A program made the translations under genes and the position numbers. Under the pieces are notes generated by a model, which had not been told where the DNA came from, did no database searches, and saw only the letters and a program-made list of their open reading frames with translations. 49,713 nt of DNA from the NCBI GenBank assembly GCA_910585335.1, contig CAJUCU010000004.1, positions 2,828-52,540 on the forward strand, in the 5' to 3' direction. Source of the stretch: an uncultured Bacilli bacterium. Its GTDB lineage: Bacteria > Bacillota_I > Bacilli_A > RF39 > UBA660. Shown in pieces: positions 36,387 to 46,922 of this stretch (positions within the stretch are counted from its first letter, which is position 1; each line of letters opens with the position of its first letter).

Positions 36387-37901
36387 TTAATCTTTATCAA
36401 TTCGCTCAAAGATTGGACTGGGACTACCAACTTGATAACATAATGTATCTTGATAAGAAAGACTTTTATCATCGATTTGTAACTGTCTTAATATTTCTTT
36501 ACTAGTATCAGGCATAAATGCTTCCAGTAAAACCGCAGAAACTCGGATAGACTCTAACAAATGATAAAGAACTGTCTCCAATCGATCTTTTTTAGTCTCA
36601 TCTTTTGCCAAAACCCAAGGCATTGTTTCATCTATATATTTATTCGCTCTTCGAAGCACTTCAAATATAGCTTCAATAGCCTCATTAACATGTAAAGACT
36701 CCATTTTATCATCCACAATAGATGATAAATTACAAATCATAGAAGTAAGTTCAACATCAATCTCTTCTGATGCATTTGGATTAGTAATCTTTCCATCAAA
36801 ATATTTATGAACCATAGATAAAGTACGATTAACTAAATTTCCTAAATTATTAGCCAAATCGGCATTCGTCCGAGTAATCAAAGCTTCCTCTGAAAAAGCC
36901 CCATCACTTCCAAAAGAAACCTCCCTTAAAACATAATAACGAACAGCATCTACTCCATATTTCTCAATATATTCCCTAGGATCTTTATAATTTCCTAAAG
37001 ACTTAGATATTTTCTCACCATTAATAACTAACCAACCATGTCCAAACACTTGCTTAGGAAGTTCTAAACCTAAAGCCATTAATATAATAGGCCAAATGAT
37101 AGTATGAAACCTTACAATTTCTTTACCAACTAACTGTAAATCTGCTGGCCAATATTTTTGAAATGAAGAATCATCTTCTCCCATATATCCAAGAGACGTA
37201 ATATAATTAGTCAAAGCATCAACCCAAACATAAACAACATGTTTCTCATCAAAAGGAACAGGAATTCCCCAACGAAAACTAGTTCTAGAAACACATAAAT
37301 CTTGTAATCCTGGTTGAATAAAATTATGAATCATTTCATTTTTTCTAGACTCTGGTTGAATAAAATTTGGATGACTCTCAATATATTCTACCAATCGATC
37401 CTGATATTTTGAAAGTTTCAAAAAATAAGCCTCTTCACTAACTTCATGAACTTCTCTATTACAATCAGGACATTTACCGTCTACTAATTGTATTGGAGTC
37501 CAAAAAGATTCACAAGGAGTACAATAAAGTCCCTTATATTCTCCTTTATAAATATCTCCTTGTTCATATAATTTCGTAAATATTTTTTGAACTGCTTCAA
37601 CATGAATCTTATCCGTAGTTCTAAAAAATTTATCATAACTAATATGAAGAGTATCCCATAAATGAATCGTATCAGACACAATATGATCTACATATTCTTT
37701 TGGTGTAATACCTGCTTCTTTTGCTTTATTTTCGATTTTCTGACCATGTTCATCAGTACCAGTCTGAAAATAAACATCATACCCCTTTAGTCTCTTATAT
37801 CTCGCAATTGCATCAGCGATAATCGTCGTATAACAATGACCAATATGAAAATTACCACTAGGATAATAAATTGGCGTTGTAATATAAAAACTTTTACTCA
37901 T
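36387..37901 (-). CDS. metG: Methionyl-tRNA synthetase (short form without the C-terminal tRNA-binding domain)
   Basis: HIGH box (NFHIGHCYT), zinc knuckles (CTPCESF...CPDCNREV) and KISKS (EKISKSLGN). Confidence 0.93.
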   Translation of the reverse strand: MSKSFYITTPIYYPSGNFHIGHCYTTIIADAIARYKRLKGYDVYFQTGTDEHGQKIENKAKEAGITPKEYVDHIVSDTIHLWDTLHISYDKFFRTTDKIHVEAVQKIFTKLYEQGDIYKGEYKGLYCTPCESFWTPIQLVDGKCPDCNREVHEVSEEAYFLKLSKYQDRLVEYIESHPNFIQPESRKNEMIHNFIQPGLQDLCVSRTSFRWGIPVPFDEKHVVYVWVDALTNYITSLGYMGEDDSSFQKYWPADLQLVGKEIVRFHTIIWPIILMALGLELPKQVFGHGWLVINGEKISKSLGNYKDPREYIEKYGVDAVRYYVLREVSFGSDGAFSEEALITRTNADLANNLGNLVNRTLSMVHKYFDGKITNPNASEEIDVELTSMICNLSSIVDDKMESLHVNEAIEAIFEVLRRANKYIDETMPWVLAKDETKKDRLETVLYHLLESIRVSAVLLEAFMPDTSKEILRQLQIDDKSLSYQDTLCYQVGSPSPIFERIDKD

Positions 37902-37914
37902 TCAAATTCCTCCC

Positions 37915-38140
37915 ATCAAAACAAAAGTTATTATAAATATAAGGACGAGTTTCCCCGCGGTTCCACCTTATTTTATAATAACTTCATTATACCCTTAAAT
38001 AGTTAACGCCTATATACGATTAAGCCTACCTATCGACTCAATAGCTCAGAAGCCATATTTTATAACCAGTTAGGTTCTATTTCCATCAACAAGAACTCTC
38101 TATACTAACCATCAATTATAAAACTCTTCATCAACACAAT
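37915..38140 (-). promoter_or_regulatory. T-box leader riboswitch upstream of metG
   Basis: The minus-strand leader has a Stem-I-like GTTGATGAAGAG...AGAGAG and the T-box sequence AATAAGGTGGAACCGCGGG (37953-37970). A long terminator helix AAGTTATTATAAAATAAGG/CCTTATATTTATAATAACTT (37984-37966 and 37944-37925) is followed by TTGTTTT. AUG triplets are present, but I did not fold the specifier loop. Confidence 0.8.
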
Positions 38141-38154
38141 AAATGATATAGAGG

Positions 38155-38183
38155 ATTATAACATGTATTTTATTATTCTTCAA
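38155..38183 (-). promoter_or_regulatory. Candidate sigma-A promoter for the metG leader
   Basis: TTGAAG, 17-nt spacer, TGtTATAAT. It overlaps the spoVT stop region. Confidence 0.5.
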
Positions 38184-38703
38184 TATGTTTACTTAAAAAA
38201 TCTGACATTACTACAGCAATTTTTTCATCTGTATCGCTCATTGCTTCTTCTTGAGATAAAATGATGACTAAACCAACTACATCACCTTTAACATTAATTG
38301 GATTGATAATATATGAGTATTCTTCTTTTTTACCATCTAGTAGTTCAACAAAATGAAGGTTCTTCTCTATTAGCATTTCTCGTTCATTCATATGTTGCTC
38401 TAAGATCCTAGAAATAGTTTTACCCAAATACTTTTTCTTCTCTTCCCCAGTAGTCACAATGAACTTATCACGATCTGTAATAAATATATTTTTTTTAATT
38501 GTAGAACTAATTGTATCTGCTAAAGTTTTAGCGATTTCTGTCATATCATCCATGGAAGAATATTTTTTTAAAGCAATCATTTCTCTATCTACGAATATTT
38601 CTAAAGATTCACCATCTCTTATTCGCAAGGTTCTTCTAATTTCTTTAGGAATAACTATTCTTCCTAAATCATCTATCCTTCTTACTACACCAGTTGTTTT
38701 CAT
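38173..38703 (-). CDS. spoVT: Stage V sporulation protein T (AbrB-type SpoVT regulator)
   Basis: From ATG 38703: MKTTGVVRRIDDLGRIVIPKEIRRTLRIRDGESLEIFVDRE, near-identical in pattern to B. subtilis SpoVT (recalled), plus a GAF-like C-terminal domain. SD AGAGAGGAA. Confidence 0.9.
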   Translation of the reverse strand: MKTTGVVRRIDDLGRIVIPKEIRRTLRIRDGESLEIFVDREMIALKKYSSMDDMTEIAKTLADTISSTIKKNIFITDRDKFIVTTGEEKKKYLGKTISRILEQHMNEREMLIEKNLHFVELLDGKKEEYSYIINPINVKGDVVGLVIILSQEEAMSDTDEKIAVVMSDFLSKHIEE

Positions 38704-38835
38704 TATGATTCCTCTCTTTCTACAATTATCATTTGCTATTTTCATAACTTTATACCTTAATAATTTCTTCTATATATATTATAGATTTTATCTATATAAA
38801 TTTACTTGGTAAATATTTCCATTTAGTAAACTTTT

Positions 38836-38863
38836 CAAAAAAAAAGACTCATTTCGAGTCTTT
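38836..38863 (-). terminator. Rho-independent terminator after the 227-aa gene
   Basis: AAAGACTC-GAAAT-GAGTCTTT followed by T8. The hairpin spans the TGA stop. Confidence 0.7.
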
Positions 38864-39532
38864 AGCAGATATATTATCAAATAAATGAGAGTTTTCTTTC
38901 GTAAACAAATAGCGTTCTCCTTGCTCTAATAAACTGTTAATCAAGGTTGTATCTTTAATCACAATTTTTAATTCCATACTTTCAAGTAAATCTTTACTAT
39001 AAAAACTAGTTAAATACTTCTCCATAGCAACGATAACACTACTTTTTTCATTTTCATTAGTATCTTCTTTAAATAAAGTTGGTAATCCCAAGAGTAACAC
39101 TTGATTAGAATCCATAATCTTTTTCTTAGCTTCTTTTTTTATTTTTTTATTGATAATGCCAAATTCCTTTTTAGGAAATTTAATAATATCAGATGATTTA
39201 ACAGGTGAAAAATTCTTTACTAAGTCAGTTAGTTTAGAAATACGATCTTCTAATATATCAGAAAAAGAATCAACTAAATGATGACGGTATTTCTGCAACA
39301 ATCCATTAACTGCCTCTGTATCCAAAATTACCTGAGATCTTTTGGATAAACTTACTAATTTAGAACGTATTAAGTCCATAGAATCAAGCGGTGGCTGTTT
39401 TAAAAGAGAAGCAATATCTTCTGAAAGAAGAGTTTCTGTATTATTAGAAATCAACTCCAATACTGCATTTTTATATGATTCCAAATGTTGCTTTTCTAAC
39501 TCTTCTACTTCTATCAAAACAAACACCTCCAT
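38849..39532 (-). CDS. Hypothetical protein, 227 aa
   Basis: Long ORF between mfd and spoVT. Helical and charged, no recognisable motif. Confidence 0.55.
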   Translation of the reverse strand: MEVFVLIEVEELEKQHLESYKNAVLELISNNTETLLSEDIASLLKQPPLDSMDLIRSKLVSLSKRSQVILDTEAVNGLLQKYRHHLVDSFSDILEDRISKLTDLVKNFSPVKSSDIIKFPKKEFGIINKKIKKEAKKKIMDSNQVLLLGLPTLFKEDTNENEKSSVIVAMEKYLTSFYSKDLLESMELKIVIKDTTLINSLLEQGERYLFTKENSHLFDNISAKDSK

Positions 39533-39651
39533 CTATTATTACAATTAAAAGAATAACAGGCATTATTTTTTTAGTCAATATCTTTAGACAAAAAATTTAC
39601 AATACAAAAAAAGTTACTAATAAAATTTTCCAATAAGAAAATCATACGCAA

Positions 39652-42600
39652 CTATTTTTGATTCAAATAACAATCTATTTTTTCCAATAATTGACACAAA
39701 TAATAAAGTGGATGTTCTTCTAATTTAATCGTATCTAATATAATTACCAATACTTCACCTAAAGTTTTAAACCGAAACATCATAGAAATCTGACAAGCAT
39801 CCACAAATAATTGTTCCATATCAAGTCTTTCTATAACTTCTTTAGAAAAAGAAAGTTCCATAGAGTTCTTAGTCTGTCTAAAATTTTTAACAGGAATACT
39901 ACGTGCAAGTTTCTCAAACCATTCTTCGTGCATATAAATAAGCATATCTTCGTTAATTCTTCCAAATCGGTCTTCTAATTCAATTCTAACTTGATCTAAT
40001 CTCTTTTTACTATCGATTGTATTAATTAACTTATGAATTTCGATTTTCAAATCTTCTTCACTTACATAGTCATCTTCAATATGTGTAGCAACATTAATAA
40101 GGGGTTTGGTATCTTCCTCTTCTTCTGAAATATCCTTTCCCTGACGTCTTGCTACTTCATTGTTTAAAAGTCTTAAATATAAATCAATCCCTATACTATC
40201 AATAAAACCAGCTTGTTCACGTCCAAGTATATCCCCTGCACCACGAATAGATAAATCTCGCGTTGCAATAGAAAAACCACTACCTAGTTCTGTAAATTCT
40301 TTAATAACATTAAGTCGTTTAATGGCAGTTTCTGTCAATGATTTAAAAGGTTTATACATCAAATAGGCATAAGCGAACTTATTGCTTCGACCAACACGTC
40401 CTCGAATTTGATAAAGTTGACTCAATCCAAAACGATCAGCATCTAAAATAATTAAAGTATTAACATTAGGAATATCAATACCAGTCTCAATAATCGTTGT
40501 ACAAACTAAAATATCATATTCATGATTAATAAAATCAATCATTTTATTTTCAAGCTGCAACTTTGTCATCTGACCATGAGCAACCGTAATTTTAGCATCA
40601 GGAATAAGACGAGCAATCTCTTCAGCTTTCCTCTCAATTAATTCTACTCTGTTATAAAGCAAAAACACTTGGCCTCCACGAGAAAGTTCTTTATAAATAG
40701 CGTCTTTTATAATTTGATTATTCTCTTCTATCACATAAGTTTGAATAGGATAACGATCAACAGGTGGAGTTTCAATTAAAGAAAGACTTCGAATTCCTGT
40801 CATTGACATTTGCAATGTTCTAGGAATAGGTGTAGCAGTTAAAGTCAACACATCAACATTGGATTTATATCGTTTAATTTTTTCTTTATGTGCCACTCCA
40901 AAACGTTGTTCCTCATCAATAATTAATAATCCCAAATCATTTGGTTTAATATCTTCACTTAAAAGACGATGTGTACCAAAAACCATATCAATCGTTCCAT
41001 CTTTTAAGCCTGACATAATTCGTTTCGCTTCACGTGCAGACGTAAAACGATTTAATAATGCAATTTGAACAGGAAAATGTTGAAATCTCTTTAAAGCATT
41101 TTCATAATGTTGATTAGATAAAATAGTAGTAGGACACAAGAAAAGTACTTGTTTAGAATCTAAAATAGCCTTAAAGGCCGAAACAAAAGCAACCTCAGTT
41201 TTTCCAAACCCAACGTCACCACAAAGAAGACGATCCATAGGCTGTATAGATTCCATATCTACTTTTATCTGACGAATAGCAAGTTTTTGATCCGCAGTAA
41301 GATCAAAAGGAATATCACCTTCAAAATCTGCCATCATAGCCGTATCTTTAGAAAAAGCAAAGCCTTTCTTACTCTCTCGCTCTGCGTAAAGTTTTAAAAG
41401 TTGATCCGCCATATCAGCAATTTTCTGAGAAACACGTCGTTTTGTTTTCTCCCATTCATTACCACTAAGCGAATGAACAGCAGGTGCACTTCCTTCTTTT
41501 CCATTATACTTATTTAAGTAATCAATCTTCTCAACTGGAATATACAATTTATCATTATTTTTATAAAGTAATTCCAAATAATCCTTATTTACCCCATTTT
41601 GAGTAAGAACACGAATTCCATTATAAATACCAATACCATGTACATCATGAACAATATAATCTCCAACTTGTAACTTATTGATATCTTCTATTTTAGAAGT
41701 ATATTTAAAATTAGATTGACTCTTCTTCATTTGTTTTTTTTCATGATAAAGCTCATTTTGTGAAATAAATATATAATCACCAAAAATAAATCCCTGATTG
41801 ATTGGTTTTTCAATAATATTTAATTGATGTGTCTTAATATGATTTTCATCTGTCTCAATATATGGAACAGAAAGCTTAGGAATCAAATGAGATATTTGTG
41901 TTTTATTTAAACAAATAACTATTGTTTTCTCTTCTTTCAAACTATTTTTTAAATATCGATTAATTGCATCAATATCTTCTTGAAAAGAAGAAACCGTTTT
42001 AATCTTATAATCTAAAAGGAAAATATCATCATGCGTAATTAAATTATCTAGGTTCATATAATAAGTTTCTTTTTTAGCAGACAACTCTTTTAAATAAAAC
42101 ATATAAGAACCTTGATATTCTAAATCTTTTGTTTGTTGATAGGTAAGAATTTCTTCACGAAGTGTTCTTTCACTAACTTCTAATTGTGAATAATCTTTAT
42201 AAATAACAACAGGATCCGTCAAATAATCTTTAATAGAAAAAACTTGTTCTAAAAAATCAGGCAAATATTTCTGCTTTTGTTTTTCAATTGAAACTTCTTC
42301 ATCAACAATAAATTCCCAGCAAGGATAGATACTAATGCTTTCTAATTTTTCTAAGGAACGTTGACTGCCAACTTGAAAAGTACGGATTTCATCAATTTCA
42401 TCCCCAAAAAATTCAAGACGAATGGGATGTTCAAAATTAACAGGAAAAATATCAATTACAAATCCACGAACAGCAAACTCGCCTGTTTGTGTAACCATCG
42501 CTTCGCGGTGATATCCTAACTTTAAAAGATTAGAAATTAAATCTTTCGAACTTACTTCATTACCTATTTTATAAGATAAAAAGGCATGGTAGAAATCATC

Positions 42601-42954
42601 AGGATTAGGTAAAAATCGTAAAAATCCCATTAAATTAGTAATAATAATTTGTTTCTTTTTTAAAGAAAGATCAATCAATGTTTGCATTCGTAACATTTGC
42701 AAATCAGGACTAATAGCAATGGCTTCACTAGTTAAAAAATCATCCATTGGAAAAAGAGAAACAGAATCTGTATACACTAATAAATCTTTATAAAGCTTAT
42801 TGGCTTCAAATAAAGAATTGACTACTACTAAAACGTTTTCTTGATTCACTTCAGCCAAAGTCTTTAAATAAACACAAAAAAACTCATCGGTAAGATTGAC
42901 TATACCTATGTTTTCTTTCTTTGGAATCTGAATTAAATTCGTAAAAATACTCAT
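39652..42954 (-). CDS. mfd: Transcription-repair coupling factor
   Basis: 1100 aa with a UvrB-homology N-terminus, the RNAP-interacting domain (VGDYIVHDVHGIG), helicase motifs GDVGFGKTEVA and DEEQRFGV, and a TRG-motif region. Confidence 0.95.
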   Translation of the reverse strand: MSIFTNLIQIPKKENIGIVNLTDEFFCVYLKTLAEVNQENVLVVVNSLFEANKLYKDLLVYTDSVSLFPMDDFLTSEAIAISPDLQMLRMQTLIDLSLKKKQIIITNLMGFLRFLPNPDDFYHAFLSYKIGNEVSSKDLISNLLKLGYHREAMVTQTGEFAVRGFVIDIFPVNFEHPIRLEFFGDEIDEIRTFQVGSQRSLEKLESISIYPCWEFIVDEEVSIEKQKQKYLPDFLEQVFSIKDYLTDPVVIYKDYSQLEVSERTLREEILTYQQTKDLEYQGSYMFYLKELSAKKETYYMNLDNLITHDDIFLLDYKIKTVSSFQEDIDAINRYLKNSLKEEKTIVICLNKTQISHLIPKLSVPYIETDENHIKTHQLNIIEKPINQGFIFGDYIFISQNELYHEKKQMKKSQSNFKYTSKIEDINKLQVGDYIVHDVHGIGIYNGIRVLTQNGVNKDYLELLYKNNDKLYIPVEKIDYLNKYNGKEGSAPAVHSLSGNEWEKTKRRVSQKIADMADQLLKLYAERESKKGFAFSKDTAMMADFEGDIPFDLTADQKLAIRQIKVDMESIQPMDRLLCGDVGFGKTEVAFVSAFKAILDSKQVLFLCPTTILSNQHYENALKRFQHFPVQIALLNRFTSAREAKRIMSGLKDGTIDMVFGTHRLLSEDIKPNDLGLLIIDEEQRFGVAHKEKIKRYKSNVDVLTLTATPIPRTLQMSMTGIRSLSLIETPPVDRYPIQTYVIEENNQIIKDAIYKELSRGGQVFLLYNRVELIERKAEEIARLIPDAKITVAHGQMTKLQLENKMIDFINHEYDILVCTTIIETGIDIPNVNTLIILDADRFGLSQLYQIRGRVGRSNKFAYAYLMYKPFKSLTETAIKRLNVIKEFTELGSGFSIATRDLSIRGAGDILGREQAGFIDSIGIDLYLRLLNNEVARRQGKDISEEEEDTKPLINVATHIEDDYVSEEDLKIEIHKLINTIDSKKRLDQVRIELEDRFGRINEDMLIYMHEEWFEKLARSIPVKNFRQTKNSMELSFSKEVIERLDMEQLFVDACQISMMFRFKTLGEVLVIILDTIKLEEHPLYYLCQLLEKIDCYLNQK

Positions 42955-42958
42955 ATTA

Positions 42959-43525
42959 TCACCTAATCCTTCGATTATACTTATTCATTAAGCTATCAAA
43001 ATCCATTTTAAAAAAGTCATCTAAGAGATTGCCAACAATAATACTTAATTTTTCCATAATTTCCTGTTCGTGCTTAGTAAACTTGCCTAACACATAATCA
43101 ATAGTATCTTCTCTATCAACGTGAGAAATACCAACTTTTAATCTTTTATATTTCTGCGTCTTAAGGTGTGCCTCGATATTTTTTAATCCATTATGACCAC
43201 CACTGCTTCCTGAATTTCTCAATTTGAAACTACCAATTGGAATATCCAAATCATCGTGAATCACAAATACATCCTCTATAGGAATCTTATAAAAGTCCAC
43301 AAATTTTCTAATGACTTCTCCTGATAGATTCATAAAAGATTGAGGTTTTAAAAAGATTACCTTTTCACCATCTATAGATGCCATAATATAAAGACCATTG
43401 AATTTACTTTTATAATTAGTAAGTTCTTTGGATTCTAAATATAAATCAAGCATATAAAAACCAGTATTATGTCTTGTATTATCATAATCATCTCCTGGAT
43501 TTCCAAGTCCTACTACTAATTTCAT
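42959..43525 (-). CDS. pth: Peptidyl-tRNA hydrolase
   Basis: MKLVVGLGNPG..Y..TRHN.GF and GGHNGLK. Confidence 0.93.
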   Translation of the reverse strand: MKLVVGLGNPGDDYDNTRHNTGFYMLDLYLESKELTNYKSKFNGLYIMASIDGEKVIFLKPQSFMNLSGEVIRKFVDFYKIPIEDVFVIHDDLDIPIGSFKLRNSGSSGGHNGLKNIEAHLKTQKYKRLKVGISHVDREDTIDYVLGKFTKHEQEIMEKLSIIVGNLLDDFFKMDFDSLMNKYNRRIR

Positions 43526-44373
43526 CTTTTTTCCTCCTTACTATTATGATATTCGCGATAAACAATACTTTTGGCAATATTACGCTCTTTCGCCACAATT
43601 TTAATCGCTTCTTTTTCACTGATATCATCGTCCAAATACATAGAGACATGTTCTAAAATAGTCAAGTTAGTATAATCTTCTTGAGCATGGTTCCCTTCGA
43701 CAACAATTACCATTTCCCCTTTTAATATAATTCCCTCTTCTAATACTTCTGAAATAGTTCCACGATAAATTTCTTCATATATTTTAGAAATTTCACGATT
43801 TAAACTAATATTTCTATTTCCTAAAACATCTTGCATATTTTTTAACGTTTTTTCTATTCGATGAGGAGCCTCATAAAAAATCATAGTCATAGTATTATTC
43901 TTTAACATCTGTAACTCTTTCATTTGTTTAGAATCTTTCGCATTTAAAAATCCATAAAATATAAATGGAGAAGGAAAAAGACCAGACGTAATAAGGGCTG
44001 GAACAAAAGCTGTAGCACCAGGTAATCCAACCACACTAAGATTATTTTTTACGACTTCCTGAACAATTTTATAACCTGGATCACTAATAATAGGAGTCCC
44101 CTGATCTGTTACAAGTCCAATAGTTAGTCCAGAACGTAAATCCTCAACTATTCGTCCCTTAATAGCATCTTCATTAAATTCATGGCAACTAACCAAACGA
44201 TTCTTAATATCATATTTTTTTAATAAGCTTCCTGTAGTCCTTGTATCTTCACATAAAATATAATCAACTTCTTTGAGCATCCTCAATGCACGAATCGTAA
44301 TATCCTCTAAATTGCCAATCGGAGTTGGTATTAAATAAAGACCAGACTGCTTTTCATAACTTTTTTGACTCAT
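43522..44373 (-). CDS. rsmI: 16S rRNA (cytidine1402-2'-O)-methyltransferase
   Basis: LYLIPTPIGNLEDITIRAL..L..VD.ILCEDTR. I place the start at ATG 44373 behind AAAGGAGAAAG. Confidence 0.88.
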   Translation of the reverse strand: MSQKSYEKQSGLYLIPTPIGNLEDITIRALRMLKEVDYILCEDTRTTGSLLKKYDIKNRLVSCHEFNEDAIKGRIVEDLRSGLTIGLVTDQGTPIISDPGYKIVQEVVKNNLSVVGLPGATAFVPALITSGLFPSPFIFYGFLNAKDSKQMKELQMLKNNTMTMIFYEAPHRIEKTLKNMQDVLGNRNISLNREISKIYEEIYRGTISEVLEEGIILKGEMVIVVEGNHAQEDYTNLTILEHVSMYLDDDISEKEAIKIVAKERNIAKSIVYREYHNSKEEKR

Positions 44374-44387
44374 AAATCTTTCTCCTT

Positions 44388-45074
44388 TCACTTAAGAATA
44401 AGCGGAGCACATACTTTGGCACCTGATTTTCCATTTTTAGATCCTTCAATTAAAAATGATTTAGCACATTTATCTGTTCCACCATGAATAAACTGCATTC
44501 TCTTAATTGAAAAATGGTACTGCTGATACAAATCAATCACTTCAAATAATCGATCTGTAGTAAAAACTAAGACAAGACGCCCACGGTCTTTCAAAAGCTT
44601 CTTTGCAATCTTAAATATATCTTCTAACTGCAAAGTTGTATTATGTCTAGCATTTCGCAGCACATCATTAGAGTTTAAATGACCATCACTTACAGAAAAA
44701 TATGGTGGATTTGAAACAATGATATCAAAAATATTAGGATCACAAAACTTAGAGTAATCCCTAATATCCTGATTACAAATACTAATTTGATTCTCTAGTT
44801 TGTTATATGCTACAGACATTTGAGCAACTTCTGAAATATTTTCGTCTATTTCAACACCAGTAATATGAAAATCACCTCGTAAACTTAATACCAAGGGTAT
44901 CACCCCTAACCCAGTGCCAATATCTAAAATATTTCGGTCTGTATACTTTAATTCAACAAAATTAGCAAGTGCTAAAGAATCACTTGTCATTCTGAAAGAA
45001 TTAGATGGCTGATAAATTTTAATATCATGAAAACCAACAATATCACAAAGTGGTATAACTTTATCATTTTTCAT
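44388..45074 (-). CDS. trmN6: tRNA1(Val) (adenine37-N6)-methyltransferase-like SAM methyltransferase (YabB position)
   Basis: ILDIGTGLGVIPLVLS and the NPPY motif (IVSNPPYF). The start is uncertain: ATG 45074, or the TTG at 45104 used by the ORF track. Confidence 0.75.
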   Translation of the reverse strand: MKNDKVIPLCDIVGFHDIKIYQPSNSFRMTSDSLALANFVELKYTDRNILDIGTGLGVIPLVLSLRGDFHITGVEIDENISEVAQMSVAYNKLENQISICNQDIRDYSKFCDPNIFDIIVSNPPYFSVSDGHLNSNDVLRNARHNTTLQLEDIFKIAKKLLKDRGRLVLVFTTDRLFEVIDLYQQYHFSIKRMQFIHGGTDKCAKSFLIEGSKNGKSGAKVCAPLILK

Positions 45075-45849
45075 TACTATATTCTTGAACTCCTTTAGAA
45101 CCAAAATCTACTTGATAGGTCCTCTTAAAAATATTAACAGCAACAACCTTTCCTGTTCCTTCTTTCTTTTGAACAACAGTCCCAATACTAGGCAAATCTT
45201 TCTTTAAATACTTGTACGTATCATCTTCATAATTTAAACAACATAAAAGACGTCCACAAACACCATTAATCTTCGAAGGATTTAATGCTAGCATCTGATT
45301 TTTTGCCATATTAATAGATACACTATTAAAGTCTGTTAAAAAAGAATGACAACATAAAAATAATCCACATGGTCCTAATCCACCTATTTTTTTTGCTTTA
45401 TCTCTAACACCAATTTGCCTAAGTTCTATACGTGTCTTATACTTCTGTGCTAATCGTTTCGCAAGTTCTCTAAAATCAACTCGACTATCTGCAACAAATG
45501 AAAAAAAGAGCTGACTTTTCTCAAAAGTATAATTAGCATCTACAAAAACCATATTTAGCTTAAGATCTTTAGCATATTCCTTAGCAGTTCTTAACGCCTT
45601 TTCTGCTTCTTTTTTCAAATAATCACGCTTTTTTAAATCCTCTTTTGTTGCCAAACGAAGAACTTTTTTTAATGGTAAAACTACATTTTCTTCCTTTTCT
45701 AAAGAAACATCAGTAACTGTATCACCAATCTGTAAACCATTATCTGTTTCTACAATAACAGCCTGTCCCTTAAATAACTCTAAATTATCTGGAGAAACAT
45801 AACATTTGCTTTGTAATGAATCTAAATACACACCAACTACTTTTATCAA
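45064..45849 (-). CDS. ricT: PSP1-domain protein YaaT/RicT
   Basis: PSP1 C-terminal region (GPCGLFLCCHSFL...CGRLLCCLNYE). I start it at TTG 45849 behind GGAGGTG, overlapping the holB stop as TTGA. Confidence 0.85.
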   Translation of the reverse strand: MIKVVGVYLDSLQSKCYVSPDNLELFKGQAVIVETDNGLQIGDTVTDVSLEKEENVVLPLKKVLRLATKEDLKKRDYLKKEAEKALRTAKEYAKDLKLNMVFVDANYTFEKSQLFFSFVADSRVDFRELAKRLAQKYKTRIELRQIGVRDKAKKIGGLGPCGLFLCCHSFLTDFNSVSINMAKNQMLALNPSKINGVCGRLLCCLNYEDDTYKYLKKDLPSIGTVVQKKEGTGKVVAVNIFKRTYQVDFGSKGVQEYSNEK

Positions 45850-46685
45850 TCTAACACCTCCAAAAAACGAACTAATAAATGATCTAACCATAATTTATAA
45901 TTTATATTATAAATAAGCTTTGACTTTTCCTCTTCAATAATAGAAATATATTTTATTATACTCTCTTTTTTTATATTTTCAAAAGCAGATGTAATCTCTA
46001 AGCTAGTATCCTGACCATTTTTTGAAAGTAAAACTTGATGAAAGAAAAATTCTATATCGTTGAGTAATGACTGAGCTACATTTTTATCAGGCATATCCTC
46101 TTCTAAAATGCTTTTAAAATCCAAATAGAAATTGACATTAGCAGTAATTTTTTCTACAAATCTTGCAGTATCAGAAAACTGTTCCATAGAGTAATGACTA
46201 TGAAGACTTAAAATTTGACACCTAGAAACAAGTGTATCAATCACTTGATAACGATTCTTTGTTACTAAAAATGCTATAATTCCTTGCTCAGGTTCTTCTA
46301 AAAATTTCAAAATAGTATTGGCAGATGAAGAATTTAGCTTGTCCGCTTCAAAAATAACATAAATACGATAAAAACTAGAAGAAGTCGTCTTTAACATTTT
46401 TTTTACATGAAGCAATTGCTCTTTTTTAATATTATTTCCATCAGGAACAATAGTTTTAAAATCAACACATTGATTAGAATCAATCAAACTACAAATAGAA
46501 CAGCTTTCCCCATCCATATGACTAGCATGAGATGAACATAAAATTTTCTTACCTAGTGTATTAATAAATAATTCTATATTATCATAATCGCCTGTTTCGA
46601 TTAAATATGCATGAGATAACATATTTTTTTCTATTTGATTATCAATAATATCATATATTTTTTTTTCTACAACAATTTCTTCCAT
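45846..46685 (-). CDS. holB: DNA polymerase III delta-prime subunit
   Basis: AAA+-like clamp-loader fold without an intact P-loop (SHAYLIETGDY). Position between recR/bofA and yaaT as in Bacillus. Confidence 0.7.
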   Translation of the reverse strand: MEEIVVEKKIYDIIDNQIEKNMLSHAYLIETGDYDNIELFINTLGKKILCSSHASHMDGESCSICSLIDSNQCVDFKTIVPDGNNIKKEQLLHVKKMLKTTSSSFYRIYVIFEADKLNSSSANTILKFLEEPEQGIIAFLVTKNRYQVIDTLVSRCQILSLHSHYSMEQFSDTARFVEKITANVNFYLDFKSILEEDMPDKNVAQSLLNDIEFFFHQVLLSKNGQDTSLEITSAFENIKKESIIKYISIIEEEKSKLIYNINYKLWLDHLLVRFLEVLD

Positions 46686-46698
46686 CTCTACCTCACAT

Positions 46699-46893
46699 CT
46701 ACAATATCATAAGTTTCAATAAAATAAGTGCCACTAAAGCAGGGGCTCCTAAAAAACCAATTAAACCAACTGTAATAATATTAATGGGAACAACCATGTT
46801 AAAATTAACAGCAATAACATTATAACCATAAAGAATAAAGGCACCTAACACAATCCGCTTACAATATTTAATTATTTCTTTCACTATAATCAC
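46699..46893 (-). CDS. bofA: Pro-sigma-K processing inhibitor BofA
   Basis: 64 aa with 2 TM segments. NMVVPINIITVGLIGFLGAPALVALILLK parallels B. subtilis BofA ...GIHVPINLVTTAISGILGIPGIAALVVIK (recalled). It lies downstream of recR as in Bacillus. Confidence 0.7.
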   Translation of the reverse strand: MIIVKEIIKYCKRIVLGAFILYGYNVIAVNFNMVVPINIITVGLIGFLGAPALVALILLKLMIL

Positions 46894-46922
46894 CTAATAC
46901 AGAATATGAAAACAGATAAAAA

